DNA from: Thermoplasmata archaeon
Lineage (GTDB): Archaea > Thermoplasmatota > Thermoplasmata > Lutacidiplasmatales > UBA184
Assembly: GCA_022749815.1 (NCBI GenBank)
Contig: JAKIWV010000002.1
Location: 194,478 to 258,477, forward strand
DNA: 64,000 bases
Direction of reading: 5' to 3'
Made by a program: the position numbers and the translations under genes
Notes under the pieces: generated by a model
What the model was told of the DNA's origin: nothing
Seen by the model: only the letters and a program-made list of their open reading frames with translations
The model's database searches: none
Shown here: piece after piece, positions 8,963 to 18,364 of the stretch
How positions within the stretch are numbered: the stretch's first letter is position 1
Layout: each line of letters starts with the position of its first letter

Positions 8963-11767
8963 TCAGCCCGAGATTTTGGACAGGAGCGCTCGCGTTTGGT
9001 CCAGGTCCGGGACGGCCGACATTTCCTCGAAGAGCTCCAATGCGTGCGACAGGGCGGCCCGCCCGCCCGGGCCGTCCCCGCCCTCGGCGAGGGCCCGGCC
9101 GACCTCGACCCAGGTGCGCGCCGTCTCGTACGTCCAACCGAGCCGGGACCACGTTCCGATGCATCGGTGCAGGAGGGGCACCGCCACGCTCGCTCGTCCC
9201 TCACGGACGAGGCACTCCGCTTTAGCGCGGTCGGAAAACGCGCGTATGTAGTCGGAATCAAAACGGTCGGCGAATTCCTGGAGAGGGCCCAGCAATGCCT
9301 GGGCCTGTTCGAGGTGTCCCTGTCGCACGGCCACCGACACGAAGAGCGCGAGGGCTTCGGGGTACAGCTCGGCGTACCAGCCCTCCGGGCCAGTCGCTAG
9401 GCAACAATCCCGCGCCGCACCGAACGCCTGCTCGGCGGCGGCGAACTCGTCCCGGAGGAGGAAGTGTCGACCCAGGTAGAGGTGGATCAGCGCCTCGAGG
9501 TACCACCTCGGTTCGGTCCGCATGAGGGCGAGGGCGGTCTCCAGCGACGGGCGGGCGCTCTCAGTCTGACCCAGCAGAGCCCCGGCCGCTCCATGACCGA
9601 ACAGCGCCTGGACCGGTTCCGGGACGCCGTGCACCGCCGCGAACCGGCGCAGTTCGTCGGCGCGCAGCACGACCTCGGTAAAGTGGCCCTGGCGCAAGAG
9701 ACCCAGCGGCTCGGCATACCCCCGCCACCAAGCTTCTATGTCGGCGGTACCGGTTCGTCGCGCGAGCTCGATCAGCTCGCCGGAGGCGTCCAAGGCGCGA
9801 GGGAGGTCCCCCTCCACGTGGTAGATCGCCGCCGCCTGGTAGGTCAGGGCCTCGATAACTAGGTCGGTGAGCCCGTGGTCCTCGGCGATCGCCTTCGCCT
9901 CCCGGACGAGTCGGAACGAGTCCCGGATCCGGCCTACAGGGAGCGACCGAGCCGAGATGAGCCGGGTGAGGACCTGACCGTGACGGTCCCCTTGGGCTTC
10001 CGCCAGCCGCAACGCCCGCTCCGCGTCTTCGCGGGCTGGTCCGACCCGACCCAGGACGTAGAGGAAGTTCGACCGCGCCACGAGCACCTGACCGAGGAGC
10101 GAGTCCTCCGGGCTTTCCCCCAGAAGCGCGGTCGCGCGCCGGAAGAGCGGCTCGGCGCGGTCCGGCGTGATATCGGCGTTGGTGCCCATCGCCGCGATGC
10201 ATCCGACGGCCGCGGCGAGGTCCCCGAGGCGTTGGAAGCCGTCGGCGGCTTCTTCGAAGAGGTCGAGACCCTTGCCCGCGTCCCCGACCCGGATCATCTG
10301 TTCTGCGAGGCGCGACTGGATGCGCCAGCGTTGCGAGCCCGCCGGTTCCCGGGAAAGCAGGTCGAGTGCCGCCCGGTAATGCTCGATTGCGTCGCGCCGC
10401 GCATAGATCTGGGCCGCGCGGTCCCCCGCCTTCATGCAGTACTCGAGGGCCCGAGCCGTGTCCCCGGATCGCAGGAAATGGTAGGCGAGGATCCCCGAGC
10501 GGTCGGACGAATCGCCCGGCGGACTCGATTCGAGGGCGAGGCCGATCCGGTGGTGGATCTCGCGCCGTCGCGCCAGAGGAACTTCGGCGTACAATGCTTC
10601 CTGGATCAGCGGGTGGGCGAACGTTCCGACGTCGTCTCCGGCCGGGCCCCGCACCACCTGGACGAGTCGCGCGCCTGCCGCGGCTTCGATCGCATCGAGG
10701 ACATCTTTCTCGCCACGGCCGCTAATCTGCGGGAGCAGCCGGACGTGGAACTCCGGCCCCTCCGCTGCGGCCGCAGCCAGCACCGTCCTGTGGTCCGTGC
10801 CGAGGCGTCCCAGACGTTGTTCGAGCACACTCTGGACGCTCGAGGGGACGCGGAGGGTTGGGACCGATCGTCCTTCCCAGCCATCCGCCGTGGGAAAGAT
10901 TGCCCCCGACTCGATCAGCGATTGGACGATCTCCTCGACGAAGAACGGGTTTCCGCCGGACTTCTCGTTGACGAGGCGGACGAACTCGGGGAGAGGGACG
11001 GCCTGGCGGAGCAGCTGGCCCACCAGGGCCGCCACCTCCGACCGGTCTAGTCGCGCGAGGTCGACCCGTGTGATGAGCTTGCTCCGCCCCAGCGTGAGCA
11101 CGAGCTCCTTCAGGGGCGGGCTCTGGTCAAGGTGGGTGTCCCGTGCAGATACCGCGATGAAGAGGGGGTTCGTCCGGGTCGCCGGTGCGATCGCCTGTAG
11201 GAGCTCTACCGACGATGCATCGGCCAGCGCAAGGTCGTCGATCGTGATCAACGCGCTCCCGGACCCGGCGATGGCGATGAACAGGTCGCACAGCTCACGC
11301 ACGAAGGAGTGGCCGTCCAATGGGTGCGCGCGCCAGTCCGGACTCGGGGTAAGCCAGACTTTGTCCGTAAGCTCCGGCAATAGCGCGAACACCGCATCCG
11401 CACAGGGGACCACCGTGGAACGCACCCTCCCCCGGGGTTGCTCTCTGACGAACTGCCGGAGGAGGTCGATCCACGGGGCATACGGCACGCCCCGCTCGAT
11501 TCCCTCGCACTGGGCCGACAGTTGGAGCATCCCTACGGTCGTGGCGACCCGGTGGAACTCGTCGATCAATCGAGTCTTGCCGATGCCGGACTCCCCGGTG
11601 AGGAGGAGCAACCGGCCCGATTCTTTGGTCGGACCGTCGACGAACGACTGCAGGGCCCCGAGCTCCGCCTTCCGGCCCACGAATGCGACCGTGGCGGCCC
11701 CAAGGCCCCCGGGCAGGCGTGGGTACAGAAGGCCCGGGTCTCGAGGGGCGACATCCGGGTCGCTCAC
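8963..11767 (-). CDS. STAND-type AAA ATPase (AAA_16) with TPR-like helical C-terminus and no effector domain
   Basis: FVGR..EL, Walker A GESGIGKT, Walker B LITIDDL, GGNPFF, F.HPLIQE.LY, LAYHF. Confidence 0.88.
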   Translation of the reverse strand: MSDPDVAPRDPGLLYPRLPGGLGAATVAFVGRKAELGALQSFVDGPTKESGRLLLLTGESGIGKTRLIDEFHRVATTVGMLQLSAQCEGIERGVPYAPWIDLLRQFVREQPRGRVRSTVVPCADAVFALLPELTDKVWLTPSPDWRAHPLDGHSFVRELCDLFIAIAGSGSALITIDDLALADASSVELLQAIAPATRTNPLFIAVSARDTHLDQSPPLKELVLTLGRSKLITRVDLARLDRSEVAALVGQLLRQAVPLPEFVRLVNEKSGGNPFFVEEIVQSLIESGAIFPTADGWEGRSVPTLRVPSSVQSVLEQRLGRLGTDHRTVLAAAAAEGPEFHVRLLPQISGRGEKDVLDAIEAAAGARLVQVVRGPAGDDVGTFAHPLIQEALYAEVPLARRREIHHRIGLALESSPPGDSSDRSGILAYHFLRSGDTARALEYCMKAGDRAAQIYARRDAIEHYRAALDLLSREPAGSQRWRIQSRLAEQMIRVGDAGKGLDLFEEAADGFQRLGDLAAAVGCIAAMGTNADITPDRAEPLFRRATALLGESPEDSLLGQVLVARSNFLYVLGRVGPAREDAERALRLAEAQGDRHGQVLTRLISARSLPVGRIRDSFRLVREAKAIAEDHGLTDLVIEALTYQAAAIYHVEGDLPRALDASGELIELARRTGTADIEAWWRGYAEPLGLLRQGHFTEVVLRADELRRFAAVHGVPEPVQALFGHGAAGALLGQTESARPSLETALALMRTEPRWYLEALIHLYLGRHFLLRDEFAAAEQAFGAARDCCLATGPEGWYAELYPEALALFVSVAVRQGHLEQAQALLGPLQEFADRFDSDYIRAFSDRAKAECLVREGRASVAVPLLHRCIGTWSRLGWTYETARTWVEVGRALAEGGDGPGGRAALSHALELFEEMSAVPDLDQTRALLSKISG

Positions 11768-11843
11768 GTGAGCCGTCCGGGACGAGCACCGAGCGGGACG
11801 ACGGATGCCGCGCGCCCCAACCGGTCGCGCGGCGGAGCTACCC

Positions 11844-12470
11844 TCATTCGATCTCCTTCCGCGAGCCGTCGCTCGCTACGAACGCCCGCCAGCCGTCCGT
11901 GGAGTCGAGCTCGAGCTCGCCCTCGAACCGTCCGCTCCTCGTTCCGCGGTCGGTGGCGAACTCGACCAGGAGCTTGAACGGCCGCGTCGAGTGGTCGCTG
12001 GCCTCGAGGAGCCACTTCATCAGCTCTTCGTGGCGCGACCAATCGACCTCGACGAAGTGGCCCGGGAGCAGAGAGGGCTCGTAGGCCACCTCCTTCCCCG
12101 CCAAACGGGCCCGTAGCTCCTGGACCGGCTCGGGGGAGCAGTTCCTGAGGAATACGCGGTGGGAGGCCCGCAGTCGCGTCGGACGCGCCACATAGGCGGG
12201 CTCGAGTTCGTGGCGCTGCCGCTCCCCCACGGGCCAGACGTGCCGATAGAGCGAGGTCGGGCGGACCTTTGGGGGCGACCGGTACCCCTTCCGCCAGCGT
12301 TGGACTTGCCGCAGTCGGGCAGCAAAATTGGGAGTTTCGTTCTTCCAGTTGCCGTAGATAACCGGGGCGAGCGCCTCTAGCTCCCGCTCGACCTGGCGGG
12401 CCGACCACTCGGAATGCGCCCGCTCGACGTTTTGGGTGAGCTGCTCGAGCTCCTTCCGAGGTCGGGTCAT
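11844..12470 (-). CDS. Hypothetical protein, possible DNA-binding N-terminus
   Basis: ATG at 12470 (MTRPRKELEQL). Helical, basic N-terminus (WSARQVERELE...RLRQVQRWRK). Lies 77 bp upstream of the STAND gene. Confidence 0.55.
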   Translation of the reverse strand: MTRPRKELEQLTQNVERAHSEWSARQVERELEALAPVIYGNWKNETPNFAARLRQVQRWRKGYRSPPKVRPTSLYRHVWPVGERQRHELEPAYVARPTRLRASHRVFLRNCSPEPVQELRARLAGKEVAYEPSLLPGHFVEVDWSRHEELMKWLLEASDHSTRPFKLLVEFATDRGTRSGRFEGELELDSTDGWRAFVASDGSRKEIE

Positions 12471-12479
12471 GCCGCGGCC

Positions 12480-12493
12480 CGCGACATCTGTCG
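12480..12493. promoter_or_regulatory. Palindrome CGCGACA-TC-TGTCG (copy 1)
   Basis: Begins 10 bp upstream of the 12470 start. The same motif occurs at 13156 and 15842. Confidence 0.55.
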
Positions 12494-12718
12494 GACCCCC
12501 GTGAAGGGGCGAACGGCGCCTGGGTCGATAAAGATGCGCGAATCCCCGACAACCGGGGCGGCACTTCAGCGTACAGAATCCCCACGGGTGAGGATGGCGG
12601 CACCGCGATTCAGCCCCGGGGCATCGGGAACCGTCCGGAGGGGGCCGGCCAGGCCCGAGGGGCCTCTCTCCAAGGGGTGCCACAGTGCCACTTTCTCCCC
12701 TCCAGGACGAACCGGCTG

Positions 12719-12973
12719 ATGACCGCCTCCTTAGAAATTGCGTTCTCGGAAGCGGTCGAACGGTGGGAGACGCATCGCAAGGCATGCGCGCGGTGCGCGA
12801 CGAGCCAGCGGGGGGAGTGCGAGACGGGTGACCATTTGTTGGCCGCCGCGGCCGAAGCTCGAGGACGCTGGTTGCTCCGCCTCACACGGTCCGTGGGCGT
12901 AAGGATCGCGGTCCGTCCTCCTGCCCTTCCGACGAGCAAGCCCGAGTCCCGGCCAAGGAAGAGGACCAGGTAG
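12719..12973 (+). CDS. Small Cys/His protein, WxxHxxxCxxC-x7-CxxG family (paralog 1)
   Basis: WETHRKACARCATSQRGECETGDHLL. Confidence 0.6.
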   Translation: MTASLEIAFSEAVERWETHRKACARCATSQRGECETGDHLLAAAAEARGRWLLRLTRSVGVRIAVRPPALPTSKPESRPRKRTR

Positions 12974-13155
12974 CAGTGGGCCGGGCGCGTTCTGCATGGG
13001 AGGAGGGGGAACGGGACCGTTCGCCCCGAACCGATCTCTGGGGGGATCGCTTCGTACGGTGAGTCGCGTTTCGCTCAGCCATCATTCCACCCGCTCTCGG
13101 CCGCCCCCGTGCACACGGAGTACGAGGTTCGTCGTTGTCAGATCCACAACTGCGC

Positions 13156-13169
13156 CGCGACAAGTGTCG
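13156..13169. promoter_or_regulatory. Palindrome CGCGACA-AG-TGTCG (copy 2)
   Basis: About 90 bp upstream of paralog 2. Confidence 0.55.
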
Positions 13170-13261
13170 AGGGTCCGTGGGGCGGCACCTCGCGAGGCCG
13201 GCCGAGGAAGCCGACGGGGGAGCGCGACACGCGAGCCGAAACCTCGGACATATGGAGAAGC

Positions 13262-13594
13262 ATGAAGTTCCCAAGCGGCACAGACGAGCATAGCTCCCAG
13301 CCCTGCCCAAACGACTTGCCGAAGTACCGTCGATGCGAGAACCGACTACACGGGACCCTGGCCGAATGGGACCGTCACATCGCATTGTGCGGTGAATGTC
13401 TGTCCTACGGCGTACACCTTTGCGCTATGGGCCAGAGCTTATCCCTTGAGGTCGGACGTGCACGAGCACGCTTGGACATGGTCGCAGCCAAGCTCACGCG
13501 GACTCGGCCCCGCCCGGAGTCGGTGGTCCCCGAACTCCCGATTCGAAGCCCACCCTCTCCTTCCCTGTCCGCGGTGGTTTCGGGGACTCCGTGA
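13262..13594 (+). CDS. Small Cys/His protein, WxxHxxxCxxC-x7-CxxG family (paralog 2)
   Basis: EWDRHIALCGECLSYGVHLCAMG, near-identical to the motif in paralog 3. Confidence 0.7.
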   Translation: MKFPSGTDEHSSQPCPNDLPKYRRCENRLHGTLAEWDRHIALCGECLSYGVHLCAMGQSLSLEVGRARARLDMVAAKLTRTRPRPESVVPELPIRSPPSPSLSAVVSGTP

Positions 13595-13818
13595 CGCCGA
13601 AATGGTTTCACGGGGGGTCGGAGGCGGCACCCTATCTTCGTGGTGGTGGTAACGTCGGTCCTCCTGCCGGCCTCCGCAGCCGCCGGCACACCTCCCACGT
13701 TGGGGAGGGAGTCCAGAGTCTTCACTCACGTTCGCCTTACGATGAAACCGAACCTGGCCCCGAGCGTGACCCTCGGAGGTGCAAACGACTTCTTCCCTTG
13801 AAAGAACAGTCCGTGCCC

Positions 13819-15588
13819 ATGGAAACGGGGCGAGCGGCCCGGCTCCCATGCTGGAATCCCCCCTCAATCCCGGGACGTTCGTCACGGCCTATTAACCTCC
13901 CGAGGTCGCCGTCCGGAAAACGACCCGGACGGTCGCGGACTTGGCCCCAACAGCGCAGCCAGATCGCTTCCATTGCGGTCGTGACTCTCGCTCTCATCGT
14001 AAGTTTCGGCATGTTGCCTTGGGCCCGGGCGCCCGCCCCACTCTCCTCCACTAGTGGAACACCTGGAATCCACACTCTAGATTTGAGCATCCCCATGGTC
14101 AACACGTCGTTTGCTGGCTATGTGCTGCTCAACCCCAACCATGGCTCGGTGCAGGCGATTTCCGATACGTTCACGCAACCGAGAGGGACTTGCAGCTCGG
14201 GCGAGTATGTTGTGAACTCAAACGCGTCCTATCCAAATGACCAGAATGTGTGGATCGGGCCGGGCCTTTACGACGGCACTCTCGACTTTTCAAATTTCGG
14301 GGCCTATCAAATGGGAACCGAAACGCTCTGCCAGTCGCTTACTCAGGACCCCGTCTACATTCCGTTCTACTACTCGATAGCGATCCGGCCGTCGGACCCG
14401 CCGAACCCCGACAACGTCATGCACGCCTTCACGGGGCTCGTGGTGAGTGCCGGCGACTCGATCAAGTCCACGATACTTTCGTCGTCCGGAACTCTGACAT
14501 TCACGTTTACGGACCTGACAAGCAATCGGACCGTAACGGCTGAGGTCAGTGCATCGGAGTTCAAGCCAAACGGAGCGTTCTGCATCCTGAACGTCTTTGG
14601 AAATCTGGCAAGATTCTCCAGGTTCACCCAGTCCTGCGAGCCCAACGTCGGTGGCGAGACGGCCGGTATTGGTGCCTTTACGACTCCGAACATCGCCCTT
14701 CGGGCAGTCATGGTCAACACCACTGGTGCGATCCAAGCCGCCGTGTCCCCACTATCTCCCGACGGAGCGACATTTTCGACCCGCTTTGTTTTCTCATCCC
14801 CCCTCGGCCCACTGTTCCCGCCCGGTCAAGATACGTTGTTTCGCGCTTCCCACGCCGCCGGTTATCTTCTCCTGAACAGCTACCACGGATCCGTGGTCTC
14901 GGCCTCCGACTCGTACGTTCAGCCTAAGGCCTCGTGCTTCGCAGGAGAGGCGTACGAAAACGCCACCGGGCACTATCCGGGCGACCAGGACGCTTTCGTG
15001 GGGGCAGGGCTGTACGCGGGCAGCACCGACTCCTCCAGCTACAGATTCTATCAGGTCGGCACTGAAGCGTTGTGTCAGCTCTTCTTCCAGAATCCGGTCT
15101 ACATCCCGTACTACCTCGTGACGGTCGTGACTCCGACCGACCCCACCGGGGACTTCTCCATCGTCGTCTTACCGAATTTGACTGTGAACCCCGGCGACGT
15201 CATTCATTCTGCGGTGAAAGTATCGGGAGCAACTTCAGGTGACGACCCGCAGAATAACAGGGTGACGTTCATCCTGGCCGACCTGACGACAGGCATGACC
15301 GCCCGAGTGACCATTTCCGCCGCTGGGTTCGCCCCGAACGGCGCGGCCTGTGTCATGGAACCTATCTTCCTCACCCCGAAGTTTACGCCAATCGCACAGT
15401 CCTGTAAGGCAACTGTCGACGGGGTGAACGATGGGTTTGGAGACTTCGCCCCTCCGAACCTTCTACTCCGGTTCGACCTCCGCAGCAACCTCAACTCGAC
15501 GGTGGTGCAGGCGCGCACTTCCGGTTTTATCGCCGACGGCGGGGACTTTTCCATCACCTGGATCACTTCGGAGCCGCTTGGGTTCTAG
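13819..15588 (+). CDS. Secreted protein with two tandem G1 (glutamic peptidase, Peptidase_A4)-like domains; start codon uncertain
   Basis: Signal-like segment IAVVTLALIVSFG. Duplicated motifs AGY..., WIG/FVG, YQMGTE/YQVGTE, VSAGDSI/VNPGDVI. Confidence 0.7.
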   Translation: METGRAARLPCWNPPSIPGRSSRPINLPRSPSGKRPGRSRTWPQQRSQIASIAVVTLALIVSFGMLPWARAPAPLSSTSGTPGIHTLDLSIPMVNTSFAGYVLLNPNHGSVQAISDTFTQPRGTCSSGEYVVNSNASYPNDQNVWIGPGLYDGTLDFSNFGAYQMGTETLCQSLTQDPVYIPFYYSIAIRPSDPPNPDNVMHAFTGLVVSAGDSIKSTILSSSGTLTFTFTDLTSNRTVTAEVSASEFKPNGAFCILNVFGNLARFSRFTQSCEPNVGGETAGIGAFTTPNIALRAVMVNTTGAIQAAVSPLSPDGATFSTRFVFSSPLGPLFPPGQDTLFRASHAAGYLLLNSYHGSVVSASDSYVQPKASCFAGEAYENATGHYPGDQDAFVGAGLYAGSTDSSSYRFYQVGTEALCQLFFQNPVYIPYYLVTVVTPTDPTGDFSIVVLPNLTVNPGDVIHSAVKVSGATSGDDPQNNRVTFILADLTTGMTARVTISAAGFAPNGAACVMEPIFLTPKFTPIAQSCKATVDGVNDGFGDFAPPNLLLRFDLRSNLNSTVVQARTSGFIADGGDFSITWITSEPLGF

Positions 15589-15680
15589 ATTCTATCCCTT
15601 TCACGCCCCTGGCCGCCTAAATTCTCAGGCACTGCCCGGGCCCCACGCGGGACCCAATCCCTCTGCATCAGGCAGGGGTG

Positions 15681-15700
15681 GCTGCAGCCACTATTGCACC
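15681..15700 (+). repeat. Dif-like site copy 2: GCTGCAG-CCACTA-TTGCACC
   Basis: Right arm and flank ATTGCACCCTCGAAC are identical to copy 1; intergenic. Confidence 0.8.
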
Positions 15701-15841
15701 CTCGAACGCCGCAACCAGCCTGGAACCGGGAAGAGCATCCAATCGCAACGAGATGGGTGGCCTGAGGGCAGAGTCGATTCCCTAGCGGACCGGCGGCTGG
15801 ACGGTCCACTCGAGGTCCGCAGAGGGGGTCCGAAGGCCCGG

Positions 15842-15857
15842 CGCGACATCTGTCGCG
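15842..15857. promoter_or_regulatory. Palindrome CGCGACA-TC-TGTCGCG (copy 3)
   Basis: Perfect 7-bp arms, 100 bp upstream of paralog 3. Confidence 0.6.
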
Positions 15858-15957
15858 TCATTCACAGACGTGTACTTTCGCCTTCCTCGATGGAGCGCTC
15901 TCCAGGCGCGACAGTCCGACCGAAACATCGGCACATAGACTAACCGAGGGAACCGCG

Positions 15958-16365
15958 ATGACGACACAACTATCGACCGCCCTCTCGGCCATCCAAGAGC
16001 ACAACGCCCGCGACCAGTCTGGAAGCTTCAAACCGGGACGAGCCAACGTGGCGCAAGCCCGTTTTGAACGCGTCCTTTGCGAGTGGGACTCCCACATAGC
16101 CCGGTGCACAGAGTGTCTGTCTTACGGCGAACACCTGTGCATGTTGGGTGGTTTTCTTGTTGAAGATGTCGGGAGCGCGCGAGATCGTCTGGTCGGTCTG
16201 GCGGTAGAGCTCCCCCCCCCGAGCGCGGATGTATCGCAGCTTACCGGAGCACGAGCTCTTGGGGCGATCGGATACATGCTCTATGGGCCCCGAGTCTATG
16301 CCGAGAACCGAACTACCCGTGCGCCCTTATCGGATTGCGACGCTTCGAAGCCCAGTCCCAGTTGA
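15958..16365 (+). CDS. Small Cys/His protein, WxxHxxxCxxC-x7-CxxG family (paralog 3)
   Basis: EWDSHIARCTECLSYGEHLCMLG. Confidence 0.7.
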   Translation: MTTQLSTALSAIQEHNARDQSGSFKPGRANVAQARFERVLCEWDSHIARCTECLSYGEHLCMLGGFLVEDVGSARDRLVGLAVELPPPSADVSQLTGARALGAIGYMLYGPRVYAENRTTRAPLSDCDASKPSPS

Positions 16366-16567
16366 GCCGCTCAGGTCGACGAGCAGGAGACGGCAGGCGG
16401 GTGGCGCGGGCCAGGAAAAGGGCCCCTTGTTCCACGCTCGGAATAGCGTTAAATCGATCGTGGCTAACCTCGGGCTCGGACGAGCCGACGCGTTCACGTC
16501 CAATCATCGGAAGGTCCGCACGCGCTGCGGGGGTGCCCTTTAACCGACTCGCAGAAGTGAGCGAGAC

Positions 16568-17023
16568 ATGGCGGAGCGGAAACAGGCAAAGCCGGGCGCG
16601 CAGAAGTCAGTTAGCGGATTCACGGAAGAGGAGCGAGCCGCGATGAAGGAAACCCTCCAAGAGCGGAAGGCGCAGCGTGCCGGCAAGGCAGACGGGGAAC
16701 GCGACGTGCTCGCGAAGATCGCCGCGATGCTGGCGCCGGATCGCGTCATGGCCGAACGGCTCCATGCACTCATCAAAGCCAGCGCGCCCGCCCTCTCACC
16801 GAAGACCTGGTACGGGATGCCCGCCTATGCCAACAAGGATGGCCAGATCGTCTGCTTCTTTCAGGACGCCAAGAAGTTCAAGACGCGGTATGCCACGCTC
16901 GGCTTCAGTGACAAGGCGAACCTCGACGAGGGTCACATGTGGCCGACCGGTTTCGCGCTCAAGGAACTGACTGCCACCGAAGAAACCAAGATTCTCGCGC
17001 TCGTAAAGAAGGCTGTGAGCTGA
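16568..17023 (+). CDS. DUF1801 (YdhG-like) protein
   Basis: [41 protein letters not shown] motifs. Confidence 0.85.
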   Translation: MAERKQAKPGAQKSVSGFTEEERAAMKETLQERKAQRAGKADGERDVLAKIAAMLAPDRVMAERLHALIKASAPALSPKTWYGMPAYANKDGQIVCFFQDAKKFKTRYATLGFSDKANLDEGHMWPTGFALKELTATEETKILALVKKAVS

Positions 17024-17185
17024 GCGCCGTGCATCGCTCAGACCCGTAAGCTACGTCTTGATTCCTAAGCAGGAACGCGCTGTCCGAAACCCCCTCCGGC
17101 GGACCGTTCCGGGCCGGCTCGCATCGTGTGGTTTACCCCCGTGGGGGTACTCTCAAAGTGCTGACCTCCGACCTGCCACTCAACG

Positions 17186-17860
17186 ATGAAGAAGCTCCGA
17201 AGCTTGCCTTCCGAGGCGATGTCTACTGACTGGGGATCGGTACTTACAGAGGTGGTGGACCGGATTGACCATCCCCTCAGACGGGCCAAGGTCGATTGGT
17301 CGCTTGCCGGCTCCGCCGCCACCGCAATCCAAGGCTGCGAGATTGTTCCGCGGGATCTCGATATTCTCTTGAAGAAGGCCGACGGAGTGGACGCGTTGGC
17401 GAACCTCATGCACGAGTACGCGCCTCATACATGCGACGCTATGATGGGATCCGAATCATGGGTTTCCTCTCAGGATACTCCGTTCGCTGACGAACGGGAT
17501 CCTGAGGGCTTCCTCTGGCACTGGGGGCGTTGGTTGGTTGGAGGGTTCAAGGTCGAAGGAGCATACATCGTCGCGCGCGATGGTGCGCAGGGTGGCGAGC
17601 CGGGAATCTGGGAGAACGGGCCGGAGATCTGGACGCTCCATCGAGTGGTCGAGTTCGGCGGGCATCGAATCCGGGTGCCCCCGCTCGAAGTTCAACTTGC
17701 AACCTGCGCTCGCCGAGGTCTATCAGATCGCGTTGAGGCGATCATCGAGGCCCTTCAACGCGACGGCGTGAATCGTAAGCTCCTCGAGCGGAGCCTCTCG
17801 GATCCGCAGGTCCACGCCTTGCTCAATCGTTCCTTGAACCGCCGGGCAGGTCAGACGTAA
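17186..17860 (+). CDS. Nucleotidyltransferase-fold protein
   Basis: W.LAGS.A.AIQG....PRDLDI (GS plus DxD motif). Confidence 0.7.
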   Translation: MKKLRSLPSEAMSTDWGSVLTEVVDRIDHPLRRAKVDWSLAGSAATAIQGCEIVPRDLDILLKKADGVDALANLMHEYAPHTCDAMMGSESWVSSQDTPFADERDPEGFLWHWGRWLVGGFKVEGAYIVARDGAQGGEPGIWENGPEIWTLHRVVEFGGHRIRVPPLEVQLATCARRGLSDRVEAIIEALQRDGVNRKLLERSLSDPQVHALLNRSLNRRAGQT

Positions 17861-18195
17861 ACTGAAAGTGGCACTGCGACGAATCCAAGCGGTTCAGTCA
17901 CGACGTGAGGGTCGGGTCAAACGACACTTCATACCCCCACGAGGGGGCTTGAGTCCCCCCGCAAGGGGCTCCTTGTGTCGCATTGGGACCCAATCGATGC
18001 GGTCAGGGACGACGACCCTTTCGCGCACATGGGGTTGCGCTCGATGGGGTACCGTCGTCTCTCCGGGAGGACCCCGACGATCCTTGGAATGTCGGCGAGC
18101 GGCCTTCGCCGCGCATGAGCATTCGAGCCGCTCGAGCGGCTAAGCACGACCGATTTTGGTGAACGCCTCCTCTCTCGAAGAAATGGGATTGGTTG

Positions 18196-18230
18196 CCCAC
18201 AACACGGGGTGGGAACCCGTGCTCCCATTG
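18196..18230 (+). repeat. att-like duplication of tRNA-Trp 3' end (copy 1)
   Basis: 18216-18230 CCCGTGCTCCCATTG is identical to 7511-7525, preceded by CCCACAAC...GGGTGGGAA. Confidence 0.75.
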
Positions 18231-18364
18231 CCCTCCCCCACGTCGTCGCGCAAGCTCTCGACGATGTGGGCACCTAAGTGGGCAGCCTTGCGTCGCTGAA
18301 CGTGGGAACCCGATTCACCGATGGTGCACAACGGCTTTCTTGAACCCTAGCGTCGACCCGGCCG

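Noticed and set aside
9875-11771. Long opposite-strand or alternative-frame ORFs (e.g. 9875-11050, 10797-11771, 32551-33957, and 5' extensions of 3630-5837, 42604-43890, 44507-45967)
   Set aside because: Arg/Pro/Gly-rich shadow ORFs typical of high-GC DNA, overlapping well-supported genes.
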